From positions 107,871-171,870 of the forward strand of contig CAWDQO010000005.1 of NCBI GenBank assembly GCA_963804525.1: a stretch of DNA of 64,000 bases, written 5' to 3'. This stretch comes from an uncultured Thermoplasmata archaeon. GTDB taxonomy: Archaea; Thermoplasmatota; Thermoplasmata; Lutacidiplasmatales; UBA184. The translations under genes were made by a program, and so were the position numbers. The notes beneath the pieces are model-generated. The model had not been told where the DNA came from, searched no databases, and worked only from the letters and a program-made list of their open reading frames with translations. Within the stretch, counting starts at the first letter, position 1. Each line of letters starts with the position of its first letter. Of this stretch, positions 20,373-29,996 are shown piece after piece.

Positions 20373-21317
20373 CTACGAGGCGGCCGGTCGGGGCCGCCGG
20401 AACCGGGTCAGGATCGTCAGGCCGACGATGATGAGGGCGAGCCCCCCGAGCTCGAGCGGCTCGAACGGCTCGGCGAAGATGAACGTCCCCACGAGGACCG
20501 CCGCGACCGGGTTGACGTAGGCGACGAGGTTGGCGCGCGCGGGTCCGACCCGGTGGTGGAGGTAAAAGTACACCGAGTAGCCGACGAGCGAAGGGAGCAG
20601 CACGAGGTACGCGAGCGCGAACAGGGTCCCGTTGTTCACCGGGATCGCCGGGTGCGGCTCGACGACGGGGCTCACGGCGACGAGAAAGATCGTCGCGACC
20701 GCGAATTGCACCGAGACCCCCCAGAGCGTCTCGCCCTCCGGACGATACCGGCGGAGGAGGACCGTCCCGAGCGCGACACTGACGGCGGCGCCCAGGACGG
20801 CCACGGGACCCCAGACCGTCGTCGCGAGGACGATTCCGGCGGGGGGGACGACGAGGATCACGACGCCGAGGAAGCCGACCCCGAGGCCGACCGCTCCGAC
20901 CCGGCCGAGCGACTCCCCGGGAAGGAGCGGGAGCGCGAACAGCGCGGTCAGGAACGGGGTGCCGGCGATCAGGATGGCGGCCAGGCTCCCGGAGGTCGAG
21001 GCCTCGCCGAGGTACAGGAGAAGACCGTACACGCCGACGATCGGGAGCCCGAGCACCGCGGAGAGGCCGAGCGCGCGCCGTCCCGGCCACTTCACCCGCG
21101 TCAGCACGGCGAGGATCCCGATGGCCACGGCCGAGAGGGCGTATCGCCCCGCGGCGAACGCGACCGGCGTGGCCCCCTCGACGAGGCCGAACCGGATCAC
21201 CGGGTACGCCGAGCCCCAGATCAGGCCGACGAGGACGAGGAGGAGAAGGTCCCGGCGCTCCGAACCCGGGTCCGTCACGTCTGCCCGCCCCGAGTCCGCC
21301 AGTTCAGGAGAGGGCAT
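20373..21317 (-). CDS. EamA/DMT family transporter
   Basis: LIWGSAY, about 10 TM helices, YVNPVAAVLVG..FAEP. Confidence 0.92.
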   Translation of the reverse strand: MPSPELADSGRADVTDPGSERRDLLLLVLVGLIWGSAYPVIRFGLVEGATPVAFAAGRYALSAVAIGILAVLTRVKWPGRRALGLSAVLGLPIVGVYGLLLYLGEASTSGSLAAILIAGTPFLTALFALPLLPGESLGRVGAVGLGVGFLGVVILVVPPAGIVLATTVWGPVAVLGAAVSVALGTVLLRRYRPEGETLWGVSVQFAVATIFLVAVSPVVEPHPAIPVNNGTLFALAYLVLLPSLVGYSVYFYLHHRVGPARANLVAYVNPVAAVLVGTFIFAEPFEPLELGGLALIIVGLTILTRFRRPRPAAS

Positions 21318-22173
21318 CCGTGAGGGCGAAGAACGCTTCGGGGGCGAGCTGTTCCGGACGGCGGGTCGACCAGTCGGAGGGCCATCCGGCGGCGGCCGCC
21401 GCGTCCGATGGGGTCGCCGTCAGCCTCGGCAGGAGGTTGCCGAGCTGCTTCCGCCGGGAGGAGAACAGCACCCGGACGACCTCCTCGAGCCGTGGGACCG
21501 ACCGGACCCGCAGCGGGTCGGGGCGGGCCGTCAGGGTCAGGATTCGGCTCGCCACCGCCGGCCGCGGATGGAACGACGCCGGACCCACGCTGCGGTAGAG
21601 TTCGACCTCCGCAAATAGTTGGGCGAGGATGCTGAGCCGCCCGTAGACGCGGGAGCCCGGGGGGGCCGCGAACCGGGCGGCGACCTCCTCCTGGACCATC
21701 GCCACGACCCGGGGAACGCGGGCCTTCAGCAGCCGGATCAGGATCGGCGTGGCGGCGGAGTAGGGGAGATTGCCGACGACCGCCCGGGCGGCCGGCAGCG
21801 GCACCGCGAGCGCGTCGCCGGGGACGACGGTCACGCTCCCGGAGAACTCCCGCGCGAGCCGCTTCGCGAGCCGCCGGTCGAGCTCGATGACCGTGACGTC
21901 CGAGTAGCCCCGGCGGACGATCGCCGCCGTCAGGATCCCGAGCCCTCCCCCGACCTCCACGACGGGGGCGTCGAGCGGGCAGTCGAGGAGCGCGACCTCG
22001 GCGTCGGCGACGAACGCGTCGAGGAGGAACGACTGGCCGAACGTCCGGGACGGGCGGACCCCGAGCGCGGCGAGCGCCTCGGCGACGGCCGCGGCCGACT
22101 CCGGCGGCCCTTGGGGGGCCGGGGCCGGCGGCGCGCTACGGCGGGACGAAGAGGCGGTACTTGTCGGCGACAC
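21304..22173 (-). CDS. ksgA: 16S rRNA (adenine-N6)-dimethyltransferase
   Basis: FGQSFL, VEVGGGLG, VGNLPY, FHPRPAVAS, RRKQL; exact start uncertain. Confidence 0.93.
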   Translation of the reverse strand: MSPTSTASSSRRSAPPAPAPQGPPESAAAVAEALAALGVRPSRTFGQSFLLDAFVADAEVALLDCPLDAPVVEVGGGLGILTAAIVRRGYSDVTVIELDRRLAKRLAREFSGSVTVVPGDALAVPLPAARAVVGNLPYSAATPILIRLLKARVPRVVAMVQEEVAARFAAPPGSRVYGRLSILAQLFAEVELYRSVGPASFHPRPAVASRILTLTARPDPLRVRSVPRLEEVVRVLFSSRRKQLGNLLPRLTATPSDAAAAAGWPSDWSTRRPEQLAPEAFFALTDALS

Positions 22174-22681
22174 CTTGGAGTTCGCCCTCGATACGACCGA
22201 CGAGGAGGAGCTGCGGGCTTTTCAGGTGGAGCCGGGCCTCGAGGTCGGCGAACGAGGTGAACGGCCCGCGCTTCCGCTCCTCGACGATCGCCTGCATCGT
22301 CCGCTTGCCGATCCCGGGAAGGAGCTCGAGGAGGTGGAACCTCCGGGAGACCGACGGGGAGTCGTTGAAGAACCGGAGGTACTTCGCCGGGTCGGCGAGG
22401 ACGACCTTCTCGAGCGCCGGCGTGAGCTCGGTCCGCGCGGCGGTCGTCAGCTCCTCGTAGCCGATGCGGCGCCGGACGTGGTCGATCGGCGGAGGGGTCC
22501 CGTCGACCGGGACGACCGGCACCCGGCTGCCGGGGACGAGGGCGACGCCGGGCTTCGGCAGGATCTCGAGGAGCTTCAGCTCGTTCTCGCCGACGGCGAG
22601 CGCGACCGGTTCCCTATGGAACCCGCGCTCGGTCGACCGACCGGACGGCAAGTAGTCGAGGACGTAGACGTAGTTCTCCAT
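22136..22681 (-). CDS. DUF655 putative RNA-binding protein
   Basis: YVLDYL, LELLPGIGK (HhH), FTSFADL, KYRLFV; conserved position between rpoF and ksgA. Confidence 0.9.
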   Translation of the reverse strand: MENYVYVLDYLPSGRSTERGFHREPVALAVGENELKLLEILPKPGVALVPGSRVPVVPVDGTPPPIDHVRRRIGYEELTTAARTELTPALEKVVLADPAKYLRFFNDSPSVSRRFHLLELLPGIGKRTMQAIVEERKRGPFTSFADLEARLHLKSPQLLLVGRIEGELQGVADKYRLFVPP

Positions 22682-22696
22682 GGGCTGGCCAACCGG

Positions 22697-23011
22697 TCAT
22701 CGGTACTGCGCGACGAGCTCGAGCAACCGGGCGAGTTGCTCCTCCTCCAGGACGACCCGCTCCTTCGCGAACAGGAGCCGGACCTCCTCGGGGTACTGGG
22801 GGAGGATGTCGGCGATCTTGATGGCGAGGCTCGCGTCGATGAACGGCAGGGTCCGGAGCTCGGCGACGAGCTTGTGGACGTCTCCCGGGTCGAGCGGCGC
22901 GAACAGCTCGGCGTGCTGCTGGGCGAGCAGAGCCTCCCGGGGGAGCGGCCGCTTCCCCGCCTCCTCGGTGAGCATCTTTCGCACGTCGGAGAGCGGGACC
23001 GGGTCGGGCAT
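22697..23011 (-). CDS. rpoF: RNA polymerase subunit F (Rpo4)
   Basis: AIKIADILPQYPEEVRLLF motif; follows L21e. Confidence 0.9.
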   Translation of the reverse strand: MPDPVPLSDVRKMLTEEAGKRPLPREALLAQQHAELFAPLDPGDVHKLVAELRTLPFIDASLAIKIADILPQYPEEVRLLFAKERVVLEEEQLARLLELVAQYR

Positions 23012-23317
23012 CTAGCTCGCGCCCCCACCGGCCCGCCGGAGGTGGACCGGGTTCGCGATCAGCTGCTTCCGCTTCTGTCCGTCCAGGAAATCGATCTTGT
23101 ACGCGCGGCCGACCTTCGCGACGACCGTGCAGGTCCGTCCCTGGTACCGGGGGTGGGGCTGGCCGTGCGGGTCGGACGCCTCGATGACGACGAGGACCTT
23201 CTCCCCGATGGCGAACTCCTGGAGGAACCGGGTGACGGGGGGCATCCCCCGCTCGCGGACCTCCTTGGTGAACGTCCCGCGGCTGCGGGAGCGGAACCCT
23301 TTGGAACTCTTGACCAT
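23012..23317 (-). CDS. rpl21e: 50S ribosomal protein L21e
   Basis: SKGFRSRSR, GQPHPRYQGRT, PVHL. Confidence 0.97.
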   Translation of the reverse strand: MVKSSKGFRSRSRGTFTKEVRERGMPPVTRFLQEFAIGEKVLVVIEASDPHGQPHPRYQGRTCTVVAKVGRAYKIDFLDGQKRKQLIANPVHLRRAGGGAS

Positions 23318-23320
23318 GGT

Positions 23321-24555
23321 CTACTGCCCCGGTTCGTCGTCGTGGATGTCGAGGACGTCGAGAAACTCGACGGTCAGCGGCGCTCCGAGGAGCCCCGCGA
23401 GGCTCGGGTCGGTCCGTCCATCGTCCCCTTCCACCCACTCCTTGATGTACGTGCCGGCCTCGGCACGCAAGTCGAGCGTGAACCGTCCCTCGGCCGCCTC
23501 CACGATCGACGCCGCGACGATCCGACGCGTGCGAACACGGTCGGCCCGCCGGTGCGCGACGCGCGTCGGGGTCCGCTGGGCGATTGCTCGACTCGTTGCG
23601 AACGTCAGGGCTTCATTAATCTTTGCCACGGCGACGACCCCGGATACGCCGACGCGGTAGCTCTTCATCGGCGACGCCTCCTTCACGCGGACGACGTCCG
23701 CGGCATCGGCCACGGCGATGTCGAGGACCTCGACCCGTCCGGCGGCGGCCCGGTTCCCCTCCGCCACGACCTCCGCGAGGGCGACCGTGCGGCGCTTCGG
23801 CCGCCGGATCTCGAGCACGAACGGGCGTCCCCGCCCGAGCATCCGGGCGTCGATGTCCTCGCGCCCCATCCCGTGGAACCGGGTCCCCTCCCCGCCCGTC
23901 GCGGCGAGGAAAGGGGCAGCGACGAGCTCCTCGACGCTCGTCGGGTAGGTCTTGCCCGGTCCCGTTGCACCGGTCGCAGCCGACCCCCTGGCACGCGCGG
24001 CACGGCCACCGGGTCTGCGGGAGCGTCCGGTCGAGCTTCCGGTACCGGCCCCGGTAGTAGAGGGGCATCACCGTGAGGGTCACGCGTCCAACGGGGACGT
24101 CGGCGAGGAACACGACCTCGGGTTGGGCGGTCGTCGCCTCGGACCCGCTCGCGAGCTCGAGCCGTTTGCCGAGCTCGCGGTTGAAGGCGCTGTGGATGCT
24201 CTCCCCGGACGGGGTGCCGACCGCGAGCCAGAGCGCCTCCTCGCGTGCGAGCGCCTCCGGGTCCCCACCGGGAGCCGCACGAGAACCGCTGCCATTCGTG
24301 CTCCACCCCCGCCGCCTGGCACCGCTCGACCCAGACCGGGATCCGGTCGAACGCCCCCTCGCAGACCGGGCACGGCGTGGCGGGAGCGAGGGGGCCGAGC
24401 GCCTCCGCGATCCGTTCCGCCCGCTCCGGGTTCGTGAGGCCGTGACCCGCCCGGCCGAAGAGCCGCCCGAAGCACTCGGCGCAGAGACCCCGCCCGAGCG
24501 CCCGGCGCGCCGGGTCGAGGACCTCAGGGCCGAGGGGGAACGTCGGGTCGGTCAC
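23321..24555 (-). CDS. pus10: tRNA pseudouridine(54/55) synthase Pus10; frameshifts near 24265 and 23957
   Basis: CAECFGR zinc motif, GRYRKLDRTLPQTRWPC, FHGMGREDIDARMLG, QRTPTRV, GTYIKEWVEGD. Confidence 0.93.
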
Positions 24556-24634
24556 GGTCGGCCTCGATGCGGGGGGTTCCTCTTGACGTTGTGGACTCGC
24601 AGGTTCTCACCGAACCTATTTCCATTCCCGGAGA

Positions 24635-25053
24635 GTGGCCCACCCTGCCGTGGACGTGATCAAGGAAGCCGAGCTCGTGCGGGCGATCGAGCGGACGCTC
24701 GTGGCGCACGGGAAGATGCCGCCCGAAGAAGCGGTGCCGACCGCCCGGATGGTCCTGGGTACTTCGGGCTTGACGACACCGTTCTCGACAACAAGCTCTC
24801 GAGCGACGACCGGGACCGGTTCTACCGGCTCGAGGAGGAGGGGCTCCTCACGAGCGAGGAGGAGGACGCGACCGTGTCGCGCGGCAAGACCTGGCGGATC
24901 CACTACTGGCTGCTGAAGAAGGACCGGATCCGCGACGTCGGGCGGGACCGGGTCGCAGCGACCGAGGACACGACGAGCGCCCTTTACCGGGACATCGGCG
25001 ACTCGGCGTGGAACCGCCGCGGGGGCCAGCCCCCGACCCCGCCCGCCCCGTAG
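24635..25053 (+). CDS. Conserved Thermoplasmata winged-helix-like protein (DUF6015-like); frameshift near 24758
   Basis: Joined reading VLGYFGLDDTVLDNKL..DRDRFYRLEEEGLL..GKTWRIHYW. Confidence 0.65.
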
Positions 25054-25056
25054 GGC

Positions 25057-25911
25057 TCACGGGTTCCGCGGCGGCGGCGACGCCCTCCGGGCCGCGGGCG
25101 GGCGGAACCTCGGGTGGACGGCGTTCGCCCCCGGGAAATCCGACTGGGCGATCACGGTGCGGACGTGCTCGATCGCCACGAACGCGAACACCACGGCCGC
25201 GAGGAGGCCGATCGCATCGGCGTACGGGGCGATCCCGTTCGGGACCCCGAGGGCGGTCACGATCGCGCCGAGCGAGGCGAGCGCGTTAAACGAGGCGTGC
25301 ATTGCGACGGCGAGGAGGTAGTACGCCCCGGTCGCCGTCGAGTTCCCTTGGAACGTGCTCGCGGCGTACCCCCGGCCGAACATCGCCGTCGAGCTGCCGT
25401 GGAGGAGGACCGAGGAGACCGACCGGACGAGGATGAGCGCGAGGCCGGCCACGAGTCCCCCGGCCAAGAACGCCCCGAGGCCGTAGAGGAGCGTCTCGAA
25501 GAACCCGAAGCCGAGGCCAACGGCGGCGCCGAACACCGGCCCATCGGCGAGCCGGCGCATCGACGACTTGTACCTGGACCACCCCGGACGCTTTCAGCGC
25601 CTCCTCGACGAACGGCGCGATCACGAGGACGAGGAAGAACGTCCCGGCGGTCGACCCCCCGTTGAGGAAACCGGACTCCGGCCCGGGTACTTCTGGGCGA
25701 CCGCCGAGCCGAGGTCGACGATGACGACCTCGAGGATCGCCGCGATGATCGTGGCGCCAATCGCCCCGAACAGGAAGAGGCGGAGGAGGAGCCCCCAGGG
25801 CTCCCGCCCGAGCCGCTCGCTCTGGCGGACCCACATCAGGTAGACGAGGGCGGGGAGCAGGGCGGCGAGGACGAGAATGCCGAAGTCCTCGACCGCGGCG
25901 ATCCCGGACAT
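25057..25911 (-). CDS. PrsW family intramembrane metalloprotease; frameshifts near 25683 and 25575
   Basis: REPW, APFVEEALK, GLGFGFFET, LLHG, MHASFN motifs. Confidence 0.88.
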
Positions 25912-25917
25912 AGTGCC

Positions 25918-26841
25918 CTACGGGCGGGGGGCCCGGGAGGGGTACTGGTAGAACCCCTGCCCGGACTTGCGGCCGAGCTGGCCGGCGGCGACCATCGAGC
26001 GGAGGAGCGGGCAGGTCCGGTACCTCGGGTCCCGGAACCCGTCCCAGAGAACGTCGAGGATCGCCACCGTCGTGTCGAGGCCGACGAGGTCGAGGAGCTC
26101 GAACGGTCCCATTGGATGGTGGAAACCGAGCTTGTAGGCCGTGTCGATCTCCTCCTTCGTGGCGATCCCCTCGGAGAGCATGCAGGCCGCCTCGTTCCCC
26201 ATCACGGCGAGCGCCCGGGTCGTGACGAACCCGGGGGTGTCCTTCGAGGTCACGACCGTCTTGCCGAGGGCCCGGGCGAATTCGGTCGCCTTCGCGACGA
26301 CCTCCGGGCGGGTCCGGAGCCCCGGGATCACCTCGACGAGCTCCATCTGGAGGACCGGGTTGAAGAAATGGACGCCGACCACGCGACCGGGGTCCCGGAC
26401 CGCCGCCGCGATCGACGTGACCGGGAGGGAGGAGGTGTTCGTGGCGAGGATCGTGTCGGGGCCGACGATCTCGTCGAGCTCGGTGAACAGCGCGCGCTTG
26501 AGTTCGAGCTTCTCCGGCGCCGCCTCGACGACGAGCTCGGCCCCCTCGGCCCTCCGGAGCCCGATCGCAACGTCGATCCGCTGGAGTGCCTCCGGGACGC
26601 TCGGCGCGCTGACCGCACCGCGTTTGACCGCTGATTCGAGCGCCCGTTTCGCGTTCTCGAGCCCGCGCCGCGCGAACTCCTCATTGACGTCCTCGAGGGT
26701 GACGGCGTACCCGGCGAGGGCGCACTGGGCCGCGATGCCGCTCCCCATGATCCCGGCGCCCGCGACGAAGACGCGCCGCTGGACGGATCGGCGGGGATCG
26801 CTGCCAGCGTCCGGTCCGTCCGATTCGGCCACGTCGGTCAC
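25918..26841 (-). CDS. 3-hydroxyacyl-CoA dehydrogenase
   Basis: GAGIMGSGIA, VEAAPE, ATNTSS, HFFNP, HPMGPFELLDLVGLD, GRKSGQGFY. Confidence 0.95.
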   Translation of the reverse strand: MTDVAESDGPDAGSDPRRSVQRRVFVAGAGIMGSGIAAQCALAGYAVTLEDVNEEFARRGLENAKRALESAVKRGAVSAPSVPEALQRIDVAIGLRRAEGAELVVEAAPEKLELKRALFTELDEIVGPDTILATNTSSLPVTSIAAAVRDPGRVVGVHFFNPVLQMELVEVIPGLRTRPEVVAKATEFARALGKTVVTSKDTPGFVTTRALAVMGNEAACMLSEGIATKEEIDTAYKLGFHHPMGPFELLDLVGLDTTVAILDVLWDGFRDPRYRTCPLLRSMVAAGQLGRKSGQGFYQYPSRAPRP

Positions 26842-27772
26842 GAGGCCGCCGCCCCCATAACAGGTCCGGCAAGCGCCCGCCGGTACTCGCACGCCCGGCA
26901 CCGGGCCCCGGTCGACGGCTCCCCGCAATCCTCGCACCGGGCCGGAGCGGACGCCTCCGTTTCGGATGCCAGCAGTTCGACGATCGCCTCCCGGCTCCGC
27001 AGGAGCGCCTGCCGGGTCCCCGGGATCGCCTCCTCGAGCCGCCACACCACCTCCCGGAACACGTTGCGGCTCGCGAGCCCCGCGTACGGGCATTCGGCGT
27101 GGTCGAACGGGAGCCCCTCGGCCCGCGCGTAGAGGAACACCTCCCGCTCGGGGACCTCCGCGAGCGGGGCGATCCGCGGGACGAGCCCTTCCTGGCGGTG
27201 CGCATGGGGCGCCATCCGGCCGAGGCGGGGGATGTCGGCCCGGGCGACGTTCATCAAGATCGTCTGCGCGAGGTCGTCGAGGTTGAACCCGAGGACGAGG
27301 GCGTCGGCGCCGGCGTCGCGGGCGGCCCGGTTCAACAGCTGGCGCCGCCAGACCCCGCAGTACGAGCACGGGGCGGTCCCCGCGAGGCGCAAGGCGGCGG
27401 CGTCGGTCGTCGTGCCGATCTCGGTCCGGGCCCGGACGACGACGTGTCGGACCCCGAGCGATTTCGCGAGCGCACGGGCGGACCGGAGCGTCTTCGGGCG
27501 GTACCCCGGATCCCTTCGTCCACGGTGACGGCGACGACCTCCACCGTCGGCCGCCGGGCGAAGTGAGCGTGGGTCAGCGCGAGCGCGGTCGCCGAGTCCT
27601 TCCCGCCGGAGAGTGCGACTCCCACGGTGCCGGCTCGGAACTTCGGAAGCTGACGGTGCATCGCCCGCCGGAACCGGTCGCGCACGGTCGCGGCAAGATG
27701 GACCTCGCAGAGGTGGTCGCCCGCGTACGGACGGTCGACGACCGCGGTCCGGTCGCACCGGGCGCACCGCAC
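26838..27772 (-). CDS. TtuA/NcsA-type tRNA 2-thiolation protein (TIGR00269-like); frameshift near 27505
   Basis: N-terminal CxxC, SGGKDS PP-loop, CSYCGVWRR, ECPYA, C-terminal CEDCG..CRAC. Confidence 0.9.
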
Positions 27773-27869
27773 GGACCGTCGAGAGCGGCGCCGGTACTTG
27801 AGGAACCGCCGCTCGCGTGCCCCTGCGGGTCAACCATTAATTAGGCCCATCCCGGCCAACGACCAACGG

Positions 27870-28781
27870 ATGGCTTCCTCGGCGTCGCGCGAGCGCGCGC
27901 CCGCGCACCGAGGGCGGGCCGGGGCGACCCCGGTCACCCCCCCGGAGCCGACGTTCACCGTCGACGAAATGGTCGGACGGTTCCAGCGGATCCTCCAGGG
28001 GCAGGAGCGGAGCCCGTGCACGGTGAAGCAGTACGGGCACATCGCCCACATGTTCCTCGGCTACGTCCACAAGCCGCTCGACGAGGTGACGAAGCGTGAC
28101 CTCGAGGCGTTCCGGGAGTACCTCGTGCTCCAACGCCACTACTCGAAGAACTCGCTCTACACCACGGTCCGTGGCCTGACGTGCCTCTTCCGGACGTTCG
28201 GCCTCGCCGCCGCCGAGGGGCTCGAGGCTCCGCGCCGGCCGGAGCGCCTTCCCCACTACCTGTCGGAGGACGAGACGCACCGACTGTTCGGTGCCGTCCA
28301 GGATTCGCCCCGGGACTCCGCGATCGTCCACGTCCTCGCCTTCTGCGGACTGCGGGTGAGCGAACTCTGCAACCTGAGCCTCGAGGACCTCGAACTCTCC
28401 CGCAACCTCCTCCACGTCCGGTCCGGGAAGGGCGACAAGGACCGCGAGGTCGTCCTCGAGGAGCGGACCCGCGCCGCGGTCGACCGGTACCTCACCGAGC
28501 GGGCCCTCGCCGGGGAGGGGTCGACCCGGATGTTCCCGGTCGGTCCCGTCACGGTCGAGCGGATCGTCCGCCGCGCCGCGCGCGATGCCGCGATCCCCCG
28601 TCGGGTCACCCCCCACATGCTTCGCCATACGCTCGCGACCGCCCTCCTCTCCCGTGGGTGCGACATCCGGTACATCCAGAAGCTCCTCGGGCATGCCTCG
28701 GTCGCGACGACGCAGATCTACACCCACGTCGACACGCAGGCGCTCCGGGACGCCTACCAGCGGGCCAAGCCCCAATATTAG
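27870..28781 (+). CDS. xerA: Tyrosine recombinase XerA (chromosomal)
   Basis: Catalytic R (GLRVSE), K (GKGDK), HxxR (PHMLRH), H (LGH), Y (TQIYTH); flanked by housekeeping genes. Confidence 0.88.
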   Translation: MASSASRERAPAHRGRAGATPVTPPEPTFTVDEMVGRFQRILQGQERSPCTVKQYGHIAHMFLGYVHKPLDEVTKRDLEAFREYLVLQRHYSKNSLYTTVRGLTCLFRTFGLAAAEGLEAPRRPERLPHYLSEDETHRLFGAVQDSPRDSAIVHVLAFCGLRVSELCNLSLEDLELSRNLLHVRSGKGDKDREVVLEERTRAAVDRYLTERALAGEGSTRMFPVGPVTVERIVRRAARDAAIPRRVTPHMLRHTLATALLSRGCDIRYIQKLLGHASVATTQIYTHVDTQALRDAYQRAKPQY

Positions 28782-28802
28782 CCGCGGACGCCATCCGCGG
28801 AC

Positions 28803-29996
28803 GTGGGCGATCCCGTTCGAGACGTGGTGGTCCTTGGCGCCGGCATCGCGGGCACCGCCCTCGCCTACCACCTTGCGTCCCGGTCCGTCTCGGTCACCGT
28901 CGTCGACCCGCGGACTCCGGCGGCCGGGGCGAGCGGCCGAGCGGCCGGGATCGTCACCGAGCAGCTCTGGAACGAATGGGACGTCGCCGTCACCCGCGAG
29001 AGCCGCGAGGAGTACCGGACCTTGTCCCACGGCGACGGCTCGGTGTTCGTCGAGGCTCCGTTCGTCCGGCTCACCGCCGACCCCGTGATCGCGGATGCGC
29101 TCCATCAGGCGGCGACCCGGTTGCGCGGATGGGGGGTCCCGGTCGACGAGGTCGACGCGGACCGGCTCGGTGCGTGGTTCCCCGGCGGAACGTTCGGACG
29201 GCTCCGGGGGGCGATCGCGAGCCGCTCGGACGCGTGCGTGACCCCAAGCACGATCACGACCCTCTACCTGGACGGCGCCCGGGCCCGGGGCGCGGAGACC
29301 GCGTTGGGCGCCCCGGTCCCGGCCCCCGAGCACCGCGACGGAACGTGGACGGTCCGCTCCGGCGAGCGCGCGATCCGGTCCCGCTCGCTCGTCGTCGCGG
29401 CGGGGGCCTGGTCGAAGCAGCTCTTCGCCGGCCTCGGTCGTCCCCTCCCTCTCACACCGTACCGGACGCAGGCCGCCGTCCTCCTCCCGCCTTCCGCCTC
29501 CGGCGGTGGGCCGGGAGTCTCGGTCCACGACCTCGACACCGACGTCTACGCGAGGCCGGAGGCGAACGGACGGATCCTCGCCGGCGATGGGACCGAGTGG
29601 TTCGAGACCGACCCGGAGCGGTTCGTCCAGGGGGCGGACGCGTCGTTCCTCGCCCATCTCGCCGAATCGCTCGGCCTCTGGGTCCCGGAGTGGGGGGCGA
29701 GCAGCGTCGTGGGCGCGTGGGCGGGGGTCTGCACCGCCACCCTCGACCGGCGCCCGTGCATCGGGCCGGTCGACGCCGACCGGTCGCTCTACGCGATCAC
29801 CGGGTTCAACGGGTTCGGCGTGATGCGGAGCGGCGGCGCCGCCCGGCGGCTCGCCGACCTCCTCGCCGCTCCGGATTCGCCGGCGGCCCGTGCCGCTCTC
29901 GCCCCGGTGTTGCCCTCGCGATTTGGGGGAGAAGCCCCGTCGTTCTCTCCCGTCCCGGGGTTCACCCTGGAGGACGGCAATGTCCCTCGCTTCTGA
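28803..29996 (+). CDS. FAD-dependent oxidoreductase (DAO / sarcosine oxidase beta-like)
   Basis: VLGAGIAG, GASGRAAG, AAGAWS, PCIGP, GFNGFG. Confidence 0.88.
   Translation: MGDPVRDVVVLGAGIAGTALAYHLASRSVSVTVVDPRTPAAGASGRAAGIVTEQLWNEWDVAVTRESREEYRTLSHGDGSVFVEAPFVRLTADPVIADALHQAATRLRGWGVPVDEVDADRLGAWFPGGTFGRLRGAIASRSDACVTPSTITTLYLDGARARGAETALGAPVPAPEHRDGTWTVRSGERAIRSRSLVVAAGAWSKQLFAGLGRPLPLTPYRTQAAVLLPPSASGGGPGVSVHDLDTDVYARPEANGRILAGDGTEWFETDPERFVQGADASFLAHLAESLGLWVPEWGASSVVGAWAGVCTATLDRRPCIGPVDADRSLYAITGFNGFGVMRSGGAARRLADLLAAPDSPAARAALAPVLPSRFGGEAPSFSPVPGFTLEDGNVPRF

Noticed and set aside
27870-28781. Tyrosine recombinase as integrase of a provirus or island; nearby dif site
   Set aside because: Housekeeping neighbours, host codon usage and XerA size; no att repeats. 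The upstream ATTAATTA is better explained as a divergent TATA region.
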